Source: Spirochaetia bacterium (lineage in GTDB: Bacteria > Spirochaetota > Spirochaetia > SZUA-6 > Bin103). From it: a stretch of 64,000 nucleotides of DNA. Both the position numbers and the translations under genes were made by a program. The stretch covers positions 128,001 to 192,000 of the forward strand of contig CBDATQ010000001.1 in the NCBI GenBank assembly GCA_965199955.1. The letters run 5' to 3'. Positions 51,965 through 61,827 of this stretch are shown here, piece by piece; positions within the stretch are counted from its first letter, which is position 1; every line of letters begins with the position of its first letter. Under the pieces are notes generated by a model. It was not told where the DNA came from and did not search any database. It was given only the letters and a program-made list of their open reading frames with translations.

Positions 51965-52612
51965 TTGGCAAGCGAAGAACCGGCCGATCCTCGATTCAGG
52001 GAACTGCTCGAGGAATTCGAACGCCACATCCGTGACAGCGCCGACCTGGAGCGCCTCAAAGTAATTCGGCGCCAGATCCGAAAGGCGCTGCCCCTGTCGG
52101 TCCGCGCCTACCTGCCCGCCTACCTGTTGCGGGAGGCGGTCGGCGCCGGGGTACCGCAAGCGGCGTCCGGCCGGGACCGCCCCGCACCGGCTGCCCGGAC
52201 CGCGAAGCCCCCCGCGGCCCAACCATCCTCCACCACAGCTCCGTCCGCGAAGCCGGGGGCGGCTGAGGCCGCCCGGCGTGCGCCCGATACGCCGGCGCCC
52301 GTCAAGGCAGCCGCCACCGACGAACCGATGCCCGCCGACACGCCGGATGCGCCCGCCGGGAACAGCGACATGGCGCGCCTGTTCGTCAGCGTGGGAAGAA
52401 GCCGGCGGGTCTCGCGCCAGATGCTGACCGATCTGTTCGTCGTCAAGCTCGACCTCCCGCAGGATCAGATTGGCGAGGTGCGGGTCCTGGACAACTTCTC
52501 GTTCATCGAAGTGCCCGCGGCGGTCGCCCAGTCCGCGATCGACCGGATCACCGGCGAGACGCTGAACGGCCGGCGCGTGAACGTCGATTTCGCGCGCAGC
52601 AAGAAGTCCTGA
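51965..52612 (+). CDS. Stand-alone DbpA-type RNA-binding domain protein
   Basis: C-terminal RLFVSVGRSRRV...IGEVRVLDNFSFIEV...VDFAR; no helicase core. Confidence 0.8.
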   Translation: MASEEPADPRFRELLEEFERHIRDSADLERLKVIRRQIRKALPLSVRAYLPAYLLREAVGAGVPQAASGRDRPAPAARTAKPPAAQPSSTTAPSAKPGAAEAARRAPDTPAPVKAAATDEPMPADTPDAPAGNSDMARLFVSVGRSRRVSRQMLTDLFVVKLDLPQDQIGEVRVLDNFSFIEVPAAVAQSAIDRITGETLNGRRVNVDFARSKKS

Positions 52613-52668
52613 CGGAGCCCGCGAGCGTCCCCGCGGCAGATACGGACCCGGCAGGCGGTCGTGCGCGG

Positions 52669-53244
52669 GTGCTGCGGGCGGCGCTGGCGGCAGCCGCGGG
52701 AGGCCGGCTGGAGGTCGAGATCGGCTGCGGCAACGGTATTTTCCTGGCCGACTACGCCGCGGCCCGGCCGCACAGCGTGTGCCTGGGGATCGATCTCAAG
52801 AAGCGTCGCTGCGAGAAGGCGCAACACAAGGTCGAGCGGCGCGGACTCGCCAACGCCTTCGTGGTCAACGACCGCGCCGAGGCGGTCCTGGAGGAGCTGC
52901 CGCCCGGCTCCGTCCACGTCTTCCACATCTACTTCCCTGACCCGTGGCCGAAGAGCCGCCACCGGCGGCGGAGGTTCCTGCGGGCCGGAATCCTGGACCG
53001 CATGGCGGACACGCTGGCTCCAGACGGGAGGATCCTGTTTGCGACCGACTTCCTGGACTACCACGTGCAGGCCAGGGTGCTCTTCGCCTGGCATCCGGAG
53101 CTGCTGCTGGACGACGCGGACGCACCGCGCGGAGCGGACCGGTCGACGTTCGCCGTGCGGTTGGCGGGCGTGGGAGCGGGGATGAGGGTGGCCTGCGCGT
53201 ACAAGGCGGGGCCGCGAGCGGCAGCGCCGGCATGCGAGCCGTGA
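52669..53244 (+). CDS. trmB: tRNA m7G46 methyltransferase
   Basis: EIGCGNG, YFPDPWPKSRHRRRR, FATD. Confidence 0.88.
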   Translation: MLRAALAAAAGGRLEVEIGCGNGIFLADYAAARPHSVCLGIDLKKRRCEKAQHKVERRGLANAFVVNDRAEAVLEELPPGSVHVFHIYFPDPWPKSRHRRRRFLRAGILDRMADTLAPDGRILFATDFLDYHVQARVLFAWHPELLLDDADAPRGADRSTFAVRLAGVGAGMRVACAYKAGPRAAAPACEP

Positions 53245-53279
53245 TCGGTATACCGCGCTAGCGCCGAAGGTATACCGCG

Positions 53280-53657
53280 CTAGCGGTTCCGGCGTTCCTC
53301 CGCCGACTGGCACGGGATGCAGAACAGTGCGTAGGGCAACGCCTCCAGCCGTTCGTCCGGAAGCCTGTTCCCGCACCGCATGCACGCGCCGTAGTGACCG
53401 GTCTCGATCCGCGCGAGCGCCGACTGGATCAGGTTGAGGCGCCGCACCTCCTGGGCTCCGAGCGTCTCCAGCGTCTTGCGGTCCATGTCCTCGGTAGCGA
53501 CGTCGGCCATGTCCTTGGGGTCCAGATTGCCCAGCGCGCCGCGGGTGAGCGAGTCCTCGTCGGCCAGATGCTGCAGGATCTCGTGCTTGAGGTCCATGAG
53601 CTTGTCGTGCATCCGGTCGACCAGGGTCTTGGTGGTTGCTTCCTGCGAGTCAGCCAT
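53280..53657 (-). CDS. TraR/DksA C4 zinc-finger protein
   Basis: DMADVA coiled-coil tip, YGACMRCG...RLEALP...CIPCQ. Confidence 0.88.
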   Translation of the reverse strand: MADSQEATTKTLVDRMHDKLMDLKHEILQHLADEDSLTRGALGNLDPKDMADVATEDMDRKTLETLGAQEVRRLNLIQSALARIETGHYGACMRCGNRLPDERLEALPYALFCIPCQSAEERRNR

Positions 53658-53744
53658 CGGTCGTGAAACGGGCCGGATGATATCGAAATCCACCCGCTGG
53701 ATCAAGCTCGCGCGCGCCTGGCCCTCGTTGTAGAATCGGGAACC

Positions 53745-54839
53745 GTGGCAAAGAGTTTTTCTCTCGCGATCTATCCGTGGGTGTACAGCGCCAAGTTCGA
53801 CGGGACGTGGCGCGAGGACTTCACCGAACAGCGGCATCTGCCCCCGGATGCCGAGGCGGCCCTGCCGGACGACGAGCGCGAACAGCTGTATCTGCACCGC
53901 AACCGGTTCGAGCAACTCCCCCTGGTCAACTTCACGACCCAGTACGGGCTGGCCTGCTTTGAGGGCCTCAAGGCCTTCCCGCAGCCGGACGGATCGCTGT
54001 CGCTGTTCCGGCCCTTCGACAACGGCTTGCGCATGGTGAGGTCGATGGAGGGGCTGCTCATGCCGCCCTACCCGGCCGACACGTTCGTCCGGGCCGTCCA
54101 GCAGGTCGTCGAGCGCAACCGGGAGCTCGGCTTCACGCCCGCCTATGACCCGGCGTGGGAAGGGGACGACTTCATCAGCGCGAGCTCGGTCTATATCCGC
54201 CCGTTCTCCTACGCGGAGTCCGGGATCGGCGTCGACCTGTCGCTGAATCCGTGGGTGATCATCATCAACACGACCGTCGGCTCGTACTTCAACCTGGACA
54301 GCGACGCCTCCACCACCACCACCCACCGGGTGCGCGCCACGCCCGGCGGCACCGGCTGGATCAAGTGCTCGGGCAACTACGTCATCAGCGCCCTGGCCAA
54401 GAAAGAGGCGGAGGCCGCAGGCTGCATGGAGGCGATCTTCCTGGACGCCGCCGAGCAGCGCTACCTGGAGGAAGGCTCCTCCTGCAACCTGTTCGCGGTG
54501 CTGTCGAGCGGCACGCTGGTGACGCCCACGTTGGGAGACACGATCCTGCCGGGCATCACGCGGCAGACGGTGATGACGCTTGCCGAGGAGCAGGGCATGA
54601 CGGTCGAGGAGCGCCGCGTGTCGGTGGAAGAGGTGCTCGACGACGCGGTGGAGTTCTTCGGGACCGGCACCGCCGCCGGCGTAGCGCACTTCGGCTCGCT
54701 GACACACGATGGCCGGACGGTCACCTTCGGCGACGGCAGGATCGGCCCGCGCGCGCGGCACTTCCTGCAGCAGCTCAAGGGCATCCAGTTCGGACGCCTG
54801 CAGGACCGGCACGGCTGGATGGTGCCGGCCGCGGCGTAG
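53745..54839 (+). CDS. ilvE: Branched-chain amino acid aminotransferase (class IV PLP)
   Basis: YGLACFEGLKA, YIRP, KCSGNY, EEGSSCN, ILPGITR, GTGTAA. Confidence 0.9.
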   Translation: MAKSFSLAIYPWVYSAKFDGTWREDFTEQRHLPPDAEAALPDDEREQLYLHRNRFEQLPLVNFTTQYGLACFEGLKAFPQPDGSLSLFRPFDNGLRMVRSMEGLLMPPYPADTFVRAVQQVVERNRELGFTPAYDPAWEGDDFISASSVYIRPFSYAESGIGVDLSLNPWVIIINTTVGSYFNLDSDASTTTTHRVRATPGGTGWIKCSGNYVISALAKKEAEAAGCMEAIFLDAAEQRYLEEGSSCNLFAVLSSGTLVTPTLGDTILPGITRQTVMTLAEEQGMTVEERRVSVEEVLDDAVEFFGTGTAAGVAHFGSLTHDGRTVTFGDGRIGPRARHFLQQLKGIQFGRLQDRHGWMVPAAA

Positions 54840-54855
54840 GCGCCGCAGGCGCCGG

Positions 54856-56544
54856 TCAGCGGGCGGGGCGCACCGTCACGGTAGCGAGTCGGCCGGCCCG
54901 CATGCCGCCGGCTGCCTGCAGGGCGCTGTCCACCCGGTCGTACTGGCCGCGTATCGCCTCGGCGCCGGCTTCGAACCATGCGGCCGCCTCCAGCTCGCCC
55001 GGCATCCTGCCGCGGATGCGGGCGGGGACCAGCTCTCCGAAGTAGTAGCCCAGGTTCTGCCGGCGGTTGTGCGCGAGGTAGGCCTGGAACTCGTTGCGCA
55101 TCAGATCCTCCCAGGAGGCGTCGTACGCCAGGGCCGCCAGATAGGTCATCCATGCGTGCTGCGCCGGTTCGCCGATCGCCTGCCAGATCTCCGCTATCTC
55201 TTCACGGTAGCCGGCGCGGACGAAATACACGCCGTGCGCGGCCTCGTGGCGCAGAAGCAGCGCGCGCTGCGCCGGCGGGGACTGCTGGCTGATCGACAGC
55301 ACCGCGCCCGCCCCCGCGCCGGCCTGCCACGCGGCCGCCGACTGCCCGGCCGCGGCGCGGATCACCGCCTCCCGCACCAGGAAGTCGCGCAGCAGCAGCT
55401 CCCGGGCGTTGAGCTGGACCCCGGTTCGCTCGGCGTCCGTGAAGAAGCTGGCCACGTTCGCCGCGGTGTAGTCGTGGGCGTGGTACCCGTAGCGGTTGCC
55501 GAGATCCGCGTCGCTCCACACGGTGCCGCGGAAACCTGCCTTTTCCGTGTAGTAGGCAAGCCGCCGGAACATCTCGTCCTGGACGGCGTAGCTCGCGGTG
55601 TCGAAGATCAGCACCTCGGGGAGGGCGTTCCAGCGGAACACTTCCCAGTCGCCGCCGCGCCATGCACTGCGCGGATAGGCCAGGATCGTGTCCAGGTCCG
55701 CCGGCAGCGGCGCTGTGCCGGCCGCGGTCCGGCTGACCTGGAGGAAACGCACGGTGCCGCCGGCGTGGGAGAGCGCCTGCACCTCGACCGGCACGAACCC
55801 CAGCACCGCCTCGTGCACGTGGACGGAGCGCTCGCCGGCCGCCAGCGCCACGTGCACGGTCGCCCGCTGCCCCGCTGCGCCGGCGACCGCAAGCACCACC
55901 TCGCCGACGGCGCCGGCCGTCGACGGCCGGAAGGCCGACCGAACGACCAGCGCGTGGCCCGGATGCGGTGTCGTGCGGGGCGTACGCAGCCGGGCGGCCA
56001 GGTCGACCATGCCCCCCGCGTCCGCCAGCGTGCCGGGCGGAAGCTGGGCGTCGATGCCTACGTGCAGGACGCCGTCGAGCACGGTCAATCCGGAGACCGG
56101 CGGGGCGATGCCCGCGGCTTCGAGGTCGAGCGTACCAGCCGGCTCTTCCGTCCATACGCGGAATCCGCGCAGCGTACCTGCCGGTACCGGCAGGTACGCT
56201 CGGACCGGTGCTTCACCCCCGGCCGTGAGCGGATAGCGGACCAGCTCGCGGTCGTCGTCCGCCAGAAAGCTCACGTTCGCCTCGGCCAGCGTGGAGCGAT
56301 ACTGGAGGAAGAACACCTGGTCGGCGCCGACCGTCACCGGGGCGCGCGCGTGCAGGATGCCGGTGGCGGAAGCCCCCTCCGCAGCCGCGAGCCGGCCGTG
56401 GCGGCTGCCGTCGAAGGAGCTCACCCGCAGCACGCTCTGGCGCCCGTCCGCGGCGGTGAAGCCGGCGTCGACCGCTGCCGAGCACCCGAGCGCCAGGAGC
56501 ATCGCCGCCACCGCCGCGAAAGCGGCGGCGGCGTTCAGCCGCAC
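54856..56544 (-). CDS. Putative lipoprotein with HExxH motif
   Basis: LLALGC lipobox after a hydrophobic stretch; LIFDTASY..QDEMFRRLAYYTEK; HEAAH; NEFQAY. Confidence 0.65.
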   Translation of the reverse strand: MRLNAAAAFAAVAAMLLALGCSAAVDAGFTAADGRQSVLRVSSFDGSRHGRLAAAEGASATGILHARAPVTVGADQVFFLQYRSTLAEANVSFLADDDRELVRYPLTAGGEAPVRAYLPVPAGTLRGFRVWTEEPAGTLDLEAAGIAPPVSGLTVLDGVLHVGIDAQLPPGTLADAGGMVDLAARLRTPRTTPHPGHALVVRSAFRPSTAGAVGEVVLAVAGAAGQRATVHVALAAGERSVHVHEAVLGFVPVEVQALSHAGGTVRFLQVSRTAAGTAPLPADLDTILAYPRSAWRGGDWEVFRWNALPEVLIFDTASYAVQDEMFRRLAYYTEKAGFRGTVWSDADLGNRYGYHAHDYTAANVASFFTDAERTGVQLNARELLLRDFLVREAVIRAAAGQSAAAWQAGAGAGAVLSISQQSPPAQRALLLRHEAAHGVYFVRAGYREEIAEIWQAIGEPAQHAWMTYLAALAYDASWEDLMRNEFQAYLAHNRRQNLGYYFGELVPARIRGRMPGELEAAAWFEAGAEAIRGQYDRVDSALQAAGGMRAGRLATVTVRPAR

Positions 56545-57194
56545 GCTGCGGCCGGGACCCCCAGTCCCGGCTCCTCGAGGTGGCTCATGACGATCGGCCG
56601 CAGGGCATCGGCCACCCGTCCCGGAGCCAGCCGGTAACCCTGCTCGACAAGAGTCGTGCAGAACGCGGCGTGCGCGCGCTGCGCGCGGTAGTCCGGTTCC
56701 CGCGACGGGTGGCGCAGGTAGCGCCCGAACAGGGTCAGGTCGCAGCACACCAGCAGGCTGGACTGGTAGAACAGCACGGTGCGCCGCCGGAACAGCGACG
56801 CGCCCAGAATCTTGCGGCCGTCGATCGCCAGGTCGCAGATGCCCCGCGGACGCACGCCGCTCACGCCCAGCTCCGTGAGCGCCTCGGTCACCCAGGCGTT
56901 GATCCCGCACAGGTGCTCGCGGTTGCGGTACGGCGAGTCCACCGCGGCGACCAGCGCAAGCACGAGCTGCCCGGGCGTCAGGAGGACCGTGCCGCCTCCT
57001 CCACGGCGGCGCAGCAGCGGAATGCCGTCCCGCCGGGCGCGGACCCCGTACACGTCGGTCTGCTCGCGGCCGGCGGCGCCGAACACGATCGCGGGCTCGG
57101 CAGGTTCGTAGATCCGCCACGCGGGCCGGCCGGTGCGCTCCTGTTCGTCGAGGAGGGCGTCGTTGACCCCGGGTGCCGCCTGCTCAGGCGCCAT
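56535..57194 (-). CDS. Lipoate-protein ligase family (BPL/LPL catalytic domain)
   Basis: RRRGGGGTV, DLAIDGRKILG, HPSREPDYR. Confidence 0.82.
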   Translation of the reverse strand: MAPEQAAPGVNDALLDEQERTGRPAWRIYEPAEPAIVFGAAGREQTDVYGVRARRDGIPLLRRRGGGGTVLLTPGQLVLALVAAVDSPYRNREHLCGINAWVTEALTELGVSGVRPRGICDLAIDGRKILGASLFRRRTVLFYQSSLLVCCDLTLFGRYLRHPSREPDYRAQRAHAAFCTTLVEQGYRLAPGRVADALRPIVMSHLEEPGLGVPAAACG

Positions 57195-58386
57195 AGCGGC
57201 ACCGCTTGCCCGCATAGCCGGTCGCGATGGGCAGCAGGGCGCTGGCGGGCACGATCCCCCATGCGCCGGAGGCGCACTCGCGTTCTCCGAACGAACGGGT
57301 CGTGTCGGGCCGTCCCGCGGCAGCTCGGATCAGGAACGGCACCGGGTGCTCGGTGTGGGTGCGCGCGACCGCCGGCGTGGAATGGTCGCCGGTGACGATC
57401 AGCACGTCGGGCTCGAGCGCCAGGATGGACGGCAGGACTGCATCCACCCGTTCGATCTCCGCCACCTTGCCGTCGAAGTCGCCGTCCTCGCCGGCCGAGT
57501 CGGTGTACTTGTGGTGCACGAAGAAGAAGCGGTGCGCGCCCGACCAGGCCGCGGACAGCGAGGTTACCTGTTCGTCCAGGTCAGGCAGGTCCTCGATCAC
57601 GTCCATGCCCACAAGGCGGCTGACCCCTTTGTAGTCGGGATAGACCGCGATCGCCACGCCGCGCATCGCGAACCGTTCGTGCAGCGGGGGCAGCGCGGGG
57701 CGCAGCGCGAAGCCGCGCAGCAGCAGATCGTTGGCGGGATGGCGGTCGGCCAGCCGTTCGCGCGCCTGCCGCAGGAACTCCGAGACCAGCCGGGCGGTCG
57801 GCTCGGCGGCCGGCTCCAGCGCGCTGGGCTCGAGCGGCGCTGCGCCGGTCCGTTGCGGGTCGGTGTCCGCGACCCGGTCGGAGAGCCCCGCCGCGCGCAG
57901 CACCACCATCGCCCGGTAGTCCTTCACCGGCCGGACGAACAGCTCGGCGCCCGCGAGCTCGATGCCGTCGAGCAACCGGCACAGCTCTGCGCAGACCTCC
58001 GTCGGGATGCGGCCTGCGCGGCGGTCGGTGATGAGGCCCGCGGCGTCGCTGGATGCGAAGTTGAGCCGCACGGCCACGTCGCCGTCCTGCAGCGGGAAGC
58101 CGATTCCCAGGGCGGCCACCACGCCGCGCCCCACCGGCACCTCCAGCGGATCGTACCCGAACAGCGCCAGGTGTCCCGGCGCCGAGCCGGGCGCCACCCC
58201 GTACCCGATCGGCAGGTGCAGCCCGCACTCCCCGGCCGCCGCCGCGGCGTCCAGGTTGGGCGTGTGGGCGCTCTCCAGCTCGGTGCGGCCGCCGGGCTCG
58301 CGCGGCAGACCGCCGAGGCCGTCGAGCACCAGCAGCACGATCCGCCGGCCGTTCTCCTGAGCCAGTCCTGCTATCCGCTGATCCAT
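57184..58386 (-). CDS. apgM: Cofactor-independent phosphoglycerate mutase, archaeal type
   Basis: LDGLGG, TPNLD, PGS..GHLALFGYDP, DRRAGRI, TDSAGEDG, TGDHSTP. Confidence 0.9.
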   Translation of the reverse strand: MDQRIAGLAQENGRRIVLLVLDGLGGLPREPGGRTELESAHTPNLDAAAAAGECGLHLPIGYGVAPGSAPGHLALFGYDPLEVPVGRGVVAALGIGFPLQDGDVAVRLNFASSDAAGLITDRRAGRIPTEVCAELCRLLDGIELAGAELFVRPVKDYRAMVVLRAAGLSDRVADTDPQRTGAAPLEPSALEPAAEPTARLVSEFLRQARERLADRHPANDLLLRGFALRPALPPLHERFAMRGVAIAVYPDYKGVSRLVGMDVIEDLPDLDEQVTSLSAAWSGAHRFFFVHHKYTDSAGEDGDFDGKVAEIERVDAVLPSILALEPDVLIVTGDHSTPAVARTHTEHPVPFLIRAAAGRPDTTRSFGERECASGAWGIVPASALLPIATGYAGKRCRYGA

Positions 58387-58411
58387 AAGCCAGTGTTGGC
58401 GGCCTGCACGA

Positions 58412-58485
58412 CGCGTCCAAGAGGATTCGAACCTCTGACCCGCAGCTTAGAAGGCTGCTGCTCTATCCTACTGAGCTATGGACGC
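58412..58485 (-). tRNA. tRNA-Arg(TCT)
   Basis: Reverse complement GCGTCCATAGCTCAG...GCAGC-CTTCTAA-GCTGC...GTTCGAATC. Confidence 0.95.
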
Positions 58486-58608
58486 CCGTGGCCGGTCAGG
58501 GGAGTCTGTCCGACGGCCGTCCACGCGGCAAGTGACGACCGGCATTCGGTTGACGCTGCACGGGCGCACTCCGTACGCTGCGTGTCAGGCTTGTCGGGCG
58601 CACACCCG

Positions 58609-58681
58609 CGGGATGTAGCCTAGCGGCCAAGGCGCCTGCTTTGGGAGCAGGAGATCGGAGGTTCGAGTCCTCTCATCCCGA
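58609..58681 (+). tRNA. tRNA-Pro(TGG)
   Basis: CGGGATG/CATCCCG acceptor stem, CCTGC-TTTGGGA-GCAGG. Confidence 0.95.
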
Positions 58682-58695
58682 ACGATGTACTACAG

Positions 58696-60099
58696 ATGAA
58701 CACACTCCTCGATACCATGACCGCCCTCGCCGACCGGGTGGCCGGCAACAACCGGTGGCGGCAGCGCGAGTGCATCAACCTGATTCCGTCCGAGACCACG
58801 CCCAGCCTGCTGGTGAAAGCGTGCGAGGTAGCCGACGCCGCCGGCCGCTACGCCGAGCACCGCCGTCTCAAGGGCGAGGAGGTCTACTTCTACCAGGGCA
58901 CGGACTTCATCCAGGAGGTCGAGGAGGAGGTGCACGCCCAGGCGCAGCGCTTCTTCGGCTGCGACCGGGTGGAGGCGCGGCCGGTGTCGGGCCAGCTCGC
59001 CAACATCGTGGTGTTCGAAGCGTTGCTGCGCCTGAAGAACCGCGGCAACGACGGACCGATGCGGCGGCTGTCGTCGGTGATCAACAATGGGCTGATCCAG
59101 GGCGGACACCTGAGCGCCCAGGCGATGGGCGCGCTGTTCAACGCGGTGGACCGCGACGGCGGCGCCGAGCGCACCTGTCCGATCCCGGTGCGGGCCGACA
59201 ACCCGTACCTGGCCGATACCGAGGCCCTGCTGAAGCTGGTAGGCGAGCAGCGCCCGGACCTGGTGGTATTCGGCAAGAGCATGTTCCTGCATCCGGAGCC
59301 GGTGCGCGAGGTGGCCGAGCTTGCGGCCGGCCTGGACGAGCCGCCGCTGCTGATGTTCGACATGGCGCACGTCCTGGGGCTCTACGGCGCGTTCCAGGCG
59401 CCGCTGGCCGAGGGCGCGGCGGTCGTCACCGGCAGCACCCACAAGACCTTCTTCGGGCCGCAGCGCGGCGTGGTGCTGGGCTCGCGCGCAGCCCGTCCGC
59501 TGTGGCCGCACGTGCGCCACCGCGCCTGTCCCGGCACCACCAGCAATCACCACCTGGGGACGCTGGTCGGTTTCCTGGCGGCGCTCTACGAGATGAACGA
59601 CTGCAAGGACCACTACCAGCGTCACGTGATCGCCAACGCGCGTGCCTTCGCGCAGGCGCTGGCAGCCGCGGGCATCGCCGTGGAAGGGGGCGAGTCCGAG
59701 GGCTACACGCACACCCACCAGGTGATCATCCGCGTCGCGCCGGCGGTAGCCGGTGACGAGGCGGCCGCGCGCCTGGAGCGCAACCACATCATCACCAACT
59801 ACCAGGCGCTGCCGGACGACGCGAGCTTCGCGGTCGCGGGCGGGGTGAGGCTCGGCGTCCAGGAGATGACCCGCTACGGCATGCAGCCTTCCGACTTCGA
59901 GGCGGTCGCCGAGTTGATCGCGCGTGTGGTGCTGCGCGACGAGGACGTGCGCTCGGAGGCGATCGCGCTGCGAGGGCGCTTCCTGGACATGCGCTACTGC
60001 CTGCCGGCCGATCAGGCGATTCCGCTGGCCATGCGCATGCTGGAGCCGATGTTCCCGGCCGCCGCGGAGGCGGTCGGCCCGCTGTTCGGAGCCTCGTGA
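58696..60099 (+). CDS. Serine hydroxymethyltransferase-like PLP enzyme (archaeal-like or atypical)
   Basis: INLIPSE, GRYAE, GGHLS, DMAHVLGL, STHKTFFGPQRG, SNHH, GVRLGVQE. Confidence 0.82.
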   Translation: MNTLLDTMTALADRVAGNNRWRQRECINLIPSETTPSLLVKACEVADAAGRYAEHRRLKGEEVYFYQGTDFIQEVEEEVHAQAQRFFGCDRVEARPVSGQLANIVVFEALLRLKNRGNDGPMRRLSSVINNGLIQGGHLSAQAMGALFNAVDRDGGAERTCPIPVRADNPYLADTEALLKLVGEQRPDLVVFGKSMFLHPEPVREVAELAAGLDEPPLLMFDMAHVLGLYGAFQAPLAEGAAVVTGSTHKTFFGPQRGVVLGSRAARPLWPHVRHRACPGTTSNHHLGTLVGFLAALYEMNDCKDHYQRHVIANARAFAQALAAAGIAVEGGESEGYTHTHQVIIRVAPAVAGDEAAARLERNHIITNYQALPDDASFAVAGGVRLGVQEMTRYGMQPSDFEAVAELIARVVLRDEDVRSEAIALRGRFLDMRYCLPADQAIPLAMRMLEPMFPAAAEAVGPLFGAS

Positions 60100-60689
60100 T
60101 GGCAGGTGAATCGAACACGGGCACGAACGGGGATGTCCCCACCCGCGCGGAGGCGTGGGACCTGGTGCAGCGCTACATCGATTCGCAGGCTTTGCGCAAT
60201 CACTGCCGGGCCGTGGAGGCGGTGATGCGGGCCGAGGCCGAGGCAGCGGGCGAAGACGCTGACGCGTGGGGCGTCATCGGGCTGGTGCACGACCTGGACT
60301 GGGAACGGTTCCCGGAGGAACACTGCCGCAAGACGGAGGCCATCCTCACCGGGGCGGGATGGCCGGCCGAATACATCCGCGCCGTGATGTCGCACGGCTG
60401 GCAGATCTGCACCGACGTGGAGCCCGTGAGCCTGCTGGAAAAGACCCTGTACGCGGTCGACGAGCTGACAGGCTTCGTCACCGCCTGCGCGCTGGTGCGC
60501 CCGTCGAAGAGCGTCCGCGACCTGGAGGTCAAGTCCGTGCGCAAGAAATGGAAGCAGAAGGGCTTTGCCGCCGGCGTCGACCGGGAGGTCATCGAGCGCG
60601 GCTGCGCGATGCTCGGCCGCGACCTCGACGACCTGATCGGCGCCGTCATCGCCGCCATGCGGCCGGTGGCGGCCGACATCGATCTGTGA
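60099..60689 (+). CDS. HD/HDIG domain hydrolase
   Basis: LRNHCRAVE, GLVHDLDWE, DELTG, FAAGVDR. Confidence 0.85.
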   Translation: MAGESNTGTNGDVPTRAEAWDLVQRYIDSQALRNHCRAVEAVMRAEAEAAGEDADAWGVIGLVHDLDWERFPEEHCRKTEAILTGAGWPAEYIRAVMSHGWQICTDVEPVSLLEKTLYAVDELTGFVTACALVRPSKSVRDLEVKSVRKKWKQKGFAAGVDREVIERGCAMLGRDLDDLIGAVIAAMRPVAADIDL

Positions 60690-60719
60690 GGATCGACCGG
60701 TAAGCGGAGGACCTTGACG

Positions 60720-61139
60720 ATGCCCGGAATGAGCAAGGCGGACAAGGTGAGCAAGACCGACGCCGAGTGGCGCGGCGAACTGTCCGACGAGGAGTACCGG
60801 GTGACGCGTCGCAAGGGGACCGAAGCGCCGTTCACCGGGCGCTACTGGCGCAGCAAGGAGCCGGGCGTCTACCGCTGCCGCTGCTGCGGGAGTGCCCTGT
60901 TCGACTCCGCCACCAAGTTCGACTCCGGCACCGGATGGCCCAGCTTCACGACCCCGCGTGACGAAGAAGCGGTGCAGACGGAGGAGGACCGCTCGCTGTT
61001 CATGCGCCGTACCGAGGTGCACTGCGCGCGCTGCGACGCCCATCTCGGCCACGTGTTCGACGACGGCCCTGCGCCGACCGGCAAGCGCTACTGCATCAAC
61101 TCGGCGTCGCTTCGGCACGAGCCTGCCGATGCGCCTTGA
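60720..61139 (+). CDS. msrB: Peptide-methionine (R)-S-oxide reductase
   Basis: [30 protein letters not shown]. Confidence 0.95.
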   Translation: MPGMSKADKVSKTDAEWRGELSDEEYRVTRRKGTEAPFTGRYWRSKEPGVYRCRCCGSALFDSATKFDSGTGWPSFTTPRDEEAVQTEEDRSLFMRRTEVHCARCDAHLGHVFDDGPAPTGKRYCINSASLRHEPADAP

Positions 61140-61176
61140 CAACGGAGGGAAACCGGGCTGAAGTTCTCCGTCCACT

Positions 61177-61250
61177 GGTGGGTGTAGTTCAATCGGTAGA
61201 GCGCCAGACTGTGGATCTGGATGTTGTGGGTTCAAGCCCCATCACCCACC
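61177..61250 (+). tRNA. tRNA-His(GTG)
   Basis: Encoded G-1; CCAGA-CTGTGGA-TCTGG. Confidence 0.95.
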
Positions 61251-61266
61251 CGATGCCCTCAGGACT

Positions 61267-61340
61267 GCGCCCGTAGCTCAGATGGATAGAGCGACGGACT
61301 TCGAATCCGTAGGTCGCAGGTTCGAGTCCTGCCGGGCGTG
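61267..61340 (+). tRNA. tRNA-Arg(TCG)
   Basis: ACGGA-CTTCGAA-TCCGT anticodon arm. Confidence 0.94.
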
Positions 61341-61345
61341 GTAGC

Positions 61346-61418
61346 GGGCCGTTAGCTCAGTTGGTAGAGCAGCAGACTCTTAATCTGCGGGTCGAAGGTT
61401 CGAGTCCTTCACGGCTCA
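61346..61418 (+). tRNA. tRNA-Lys(CTT)
   Basis: GCAGA-CTCTTAA-TCTGC. Confidence 0.95.
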
Positions 61419-61548
61419 GCGATCGTCTCCGCCCGCTCTTGAACGCGGGGCGGTGCTCGCCGTACACTGTGGCAGGCACACGGAGATGGCTGAAACGGCA
61501 GGGTGGTCGGTGTTCGACGGGGACAGCGGTCGCGGGCCGTTGGTGCCT

Positions 61549-61630
61549 GCGAGAGTGGTGGAACTGGCAGACACGCCAGATTTAGGATCTGGTGCCGCAA
61601 GGCATGAGGGTTCGAGTCCCTTCTCTCGCA
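61549..61630 (+). tRNA. tRNA-Leu(TAG)
   Basis: CCAGA-TTTAGGA-TCTGG, variable arm. Confidence 0.95.
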
Positions 61631-61670
61631 CAGGTTCGATCAGAGGTGCTTCGACCGGTTTTGCCTCGAC

Positions 61671-61742
61671 GCGGGAATAGCTCAGTGGTAGAGCTCCACG
61701 TTGCCAACGTGGAAGTCGCGGGTTCAAATCCCGTTTCCCGCT
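61671..61742 (+). tRNA. tRNA-Gly(GCC)
   Basis: CCACG-TTGCCAA-CGTGG. Confidence 0.95.
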
Positions 61743-61827
61743 CTCTTTCGCTCATGGCGGCGCACCCTGTCAGTTTCGGACAGGTCGCCGTCCGCCGACC
61801 CCCAGAGCGCCGCTACCGGACTGACCC

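Noticed and set aside
61177..61742. tRNA genes as prophage or island attachment sites
   Set aside because: No integrase and no duplicated tRNA 3' end seen; flanks are core genes
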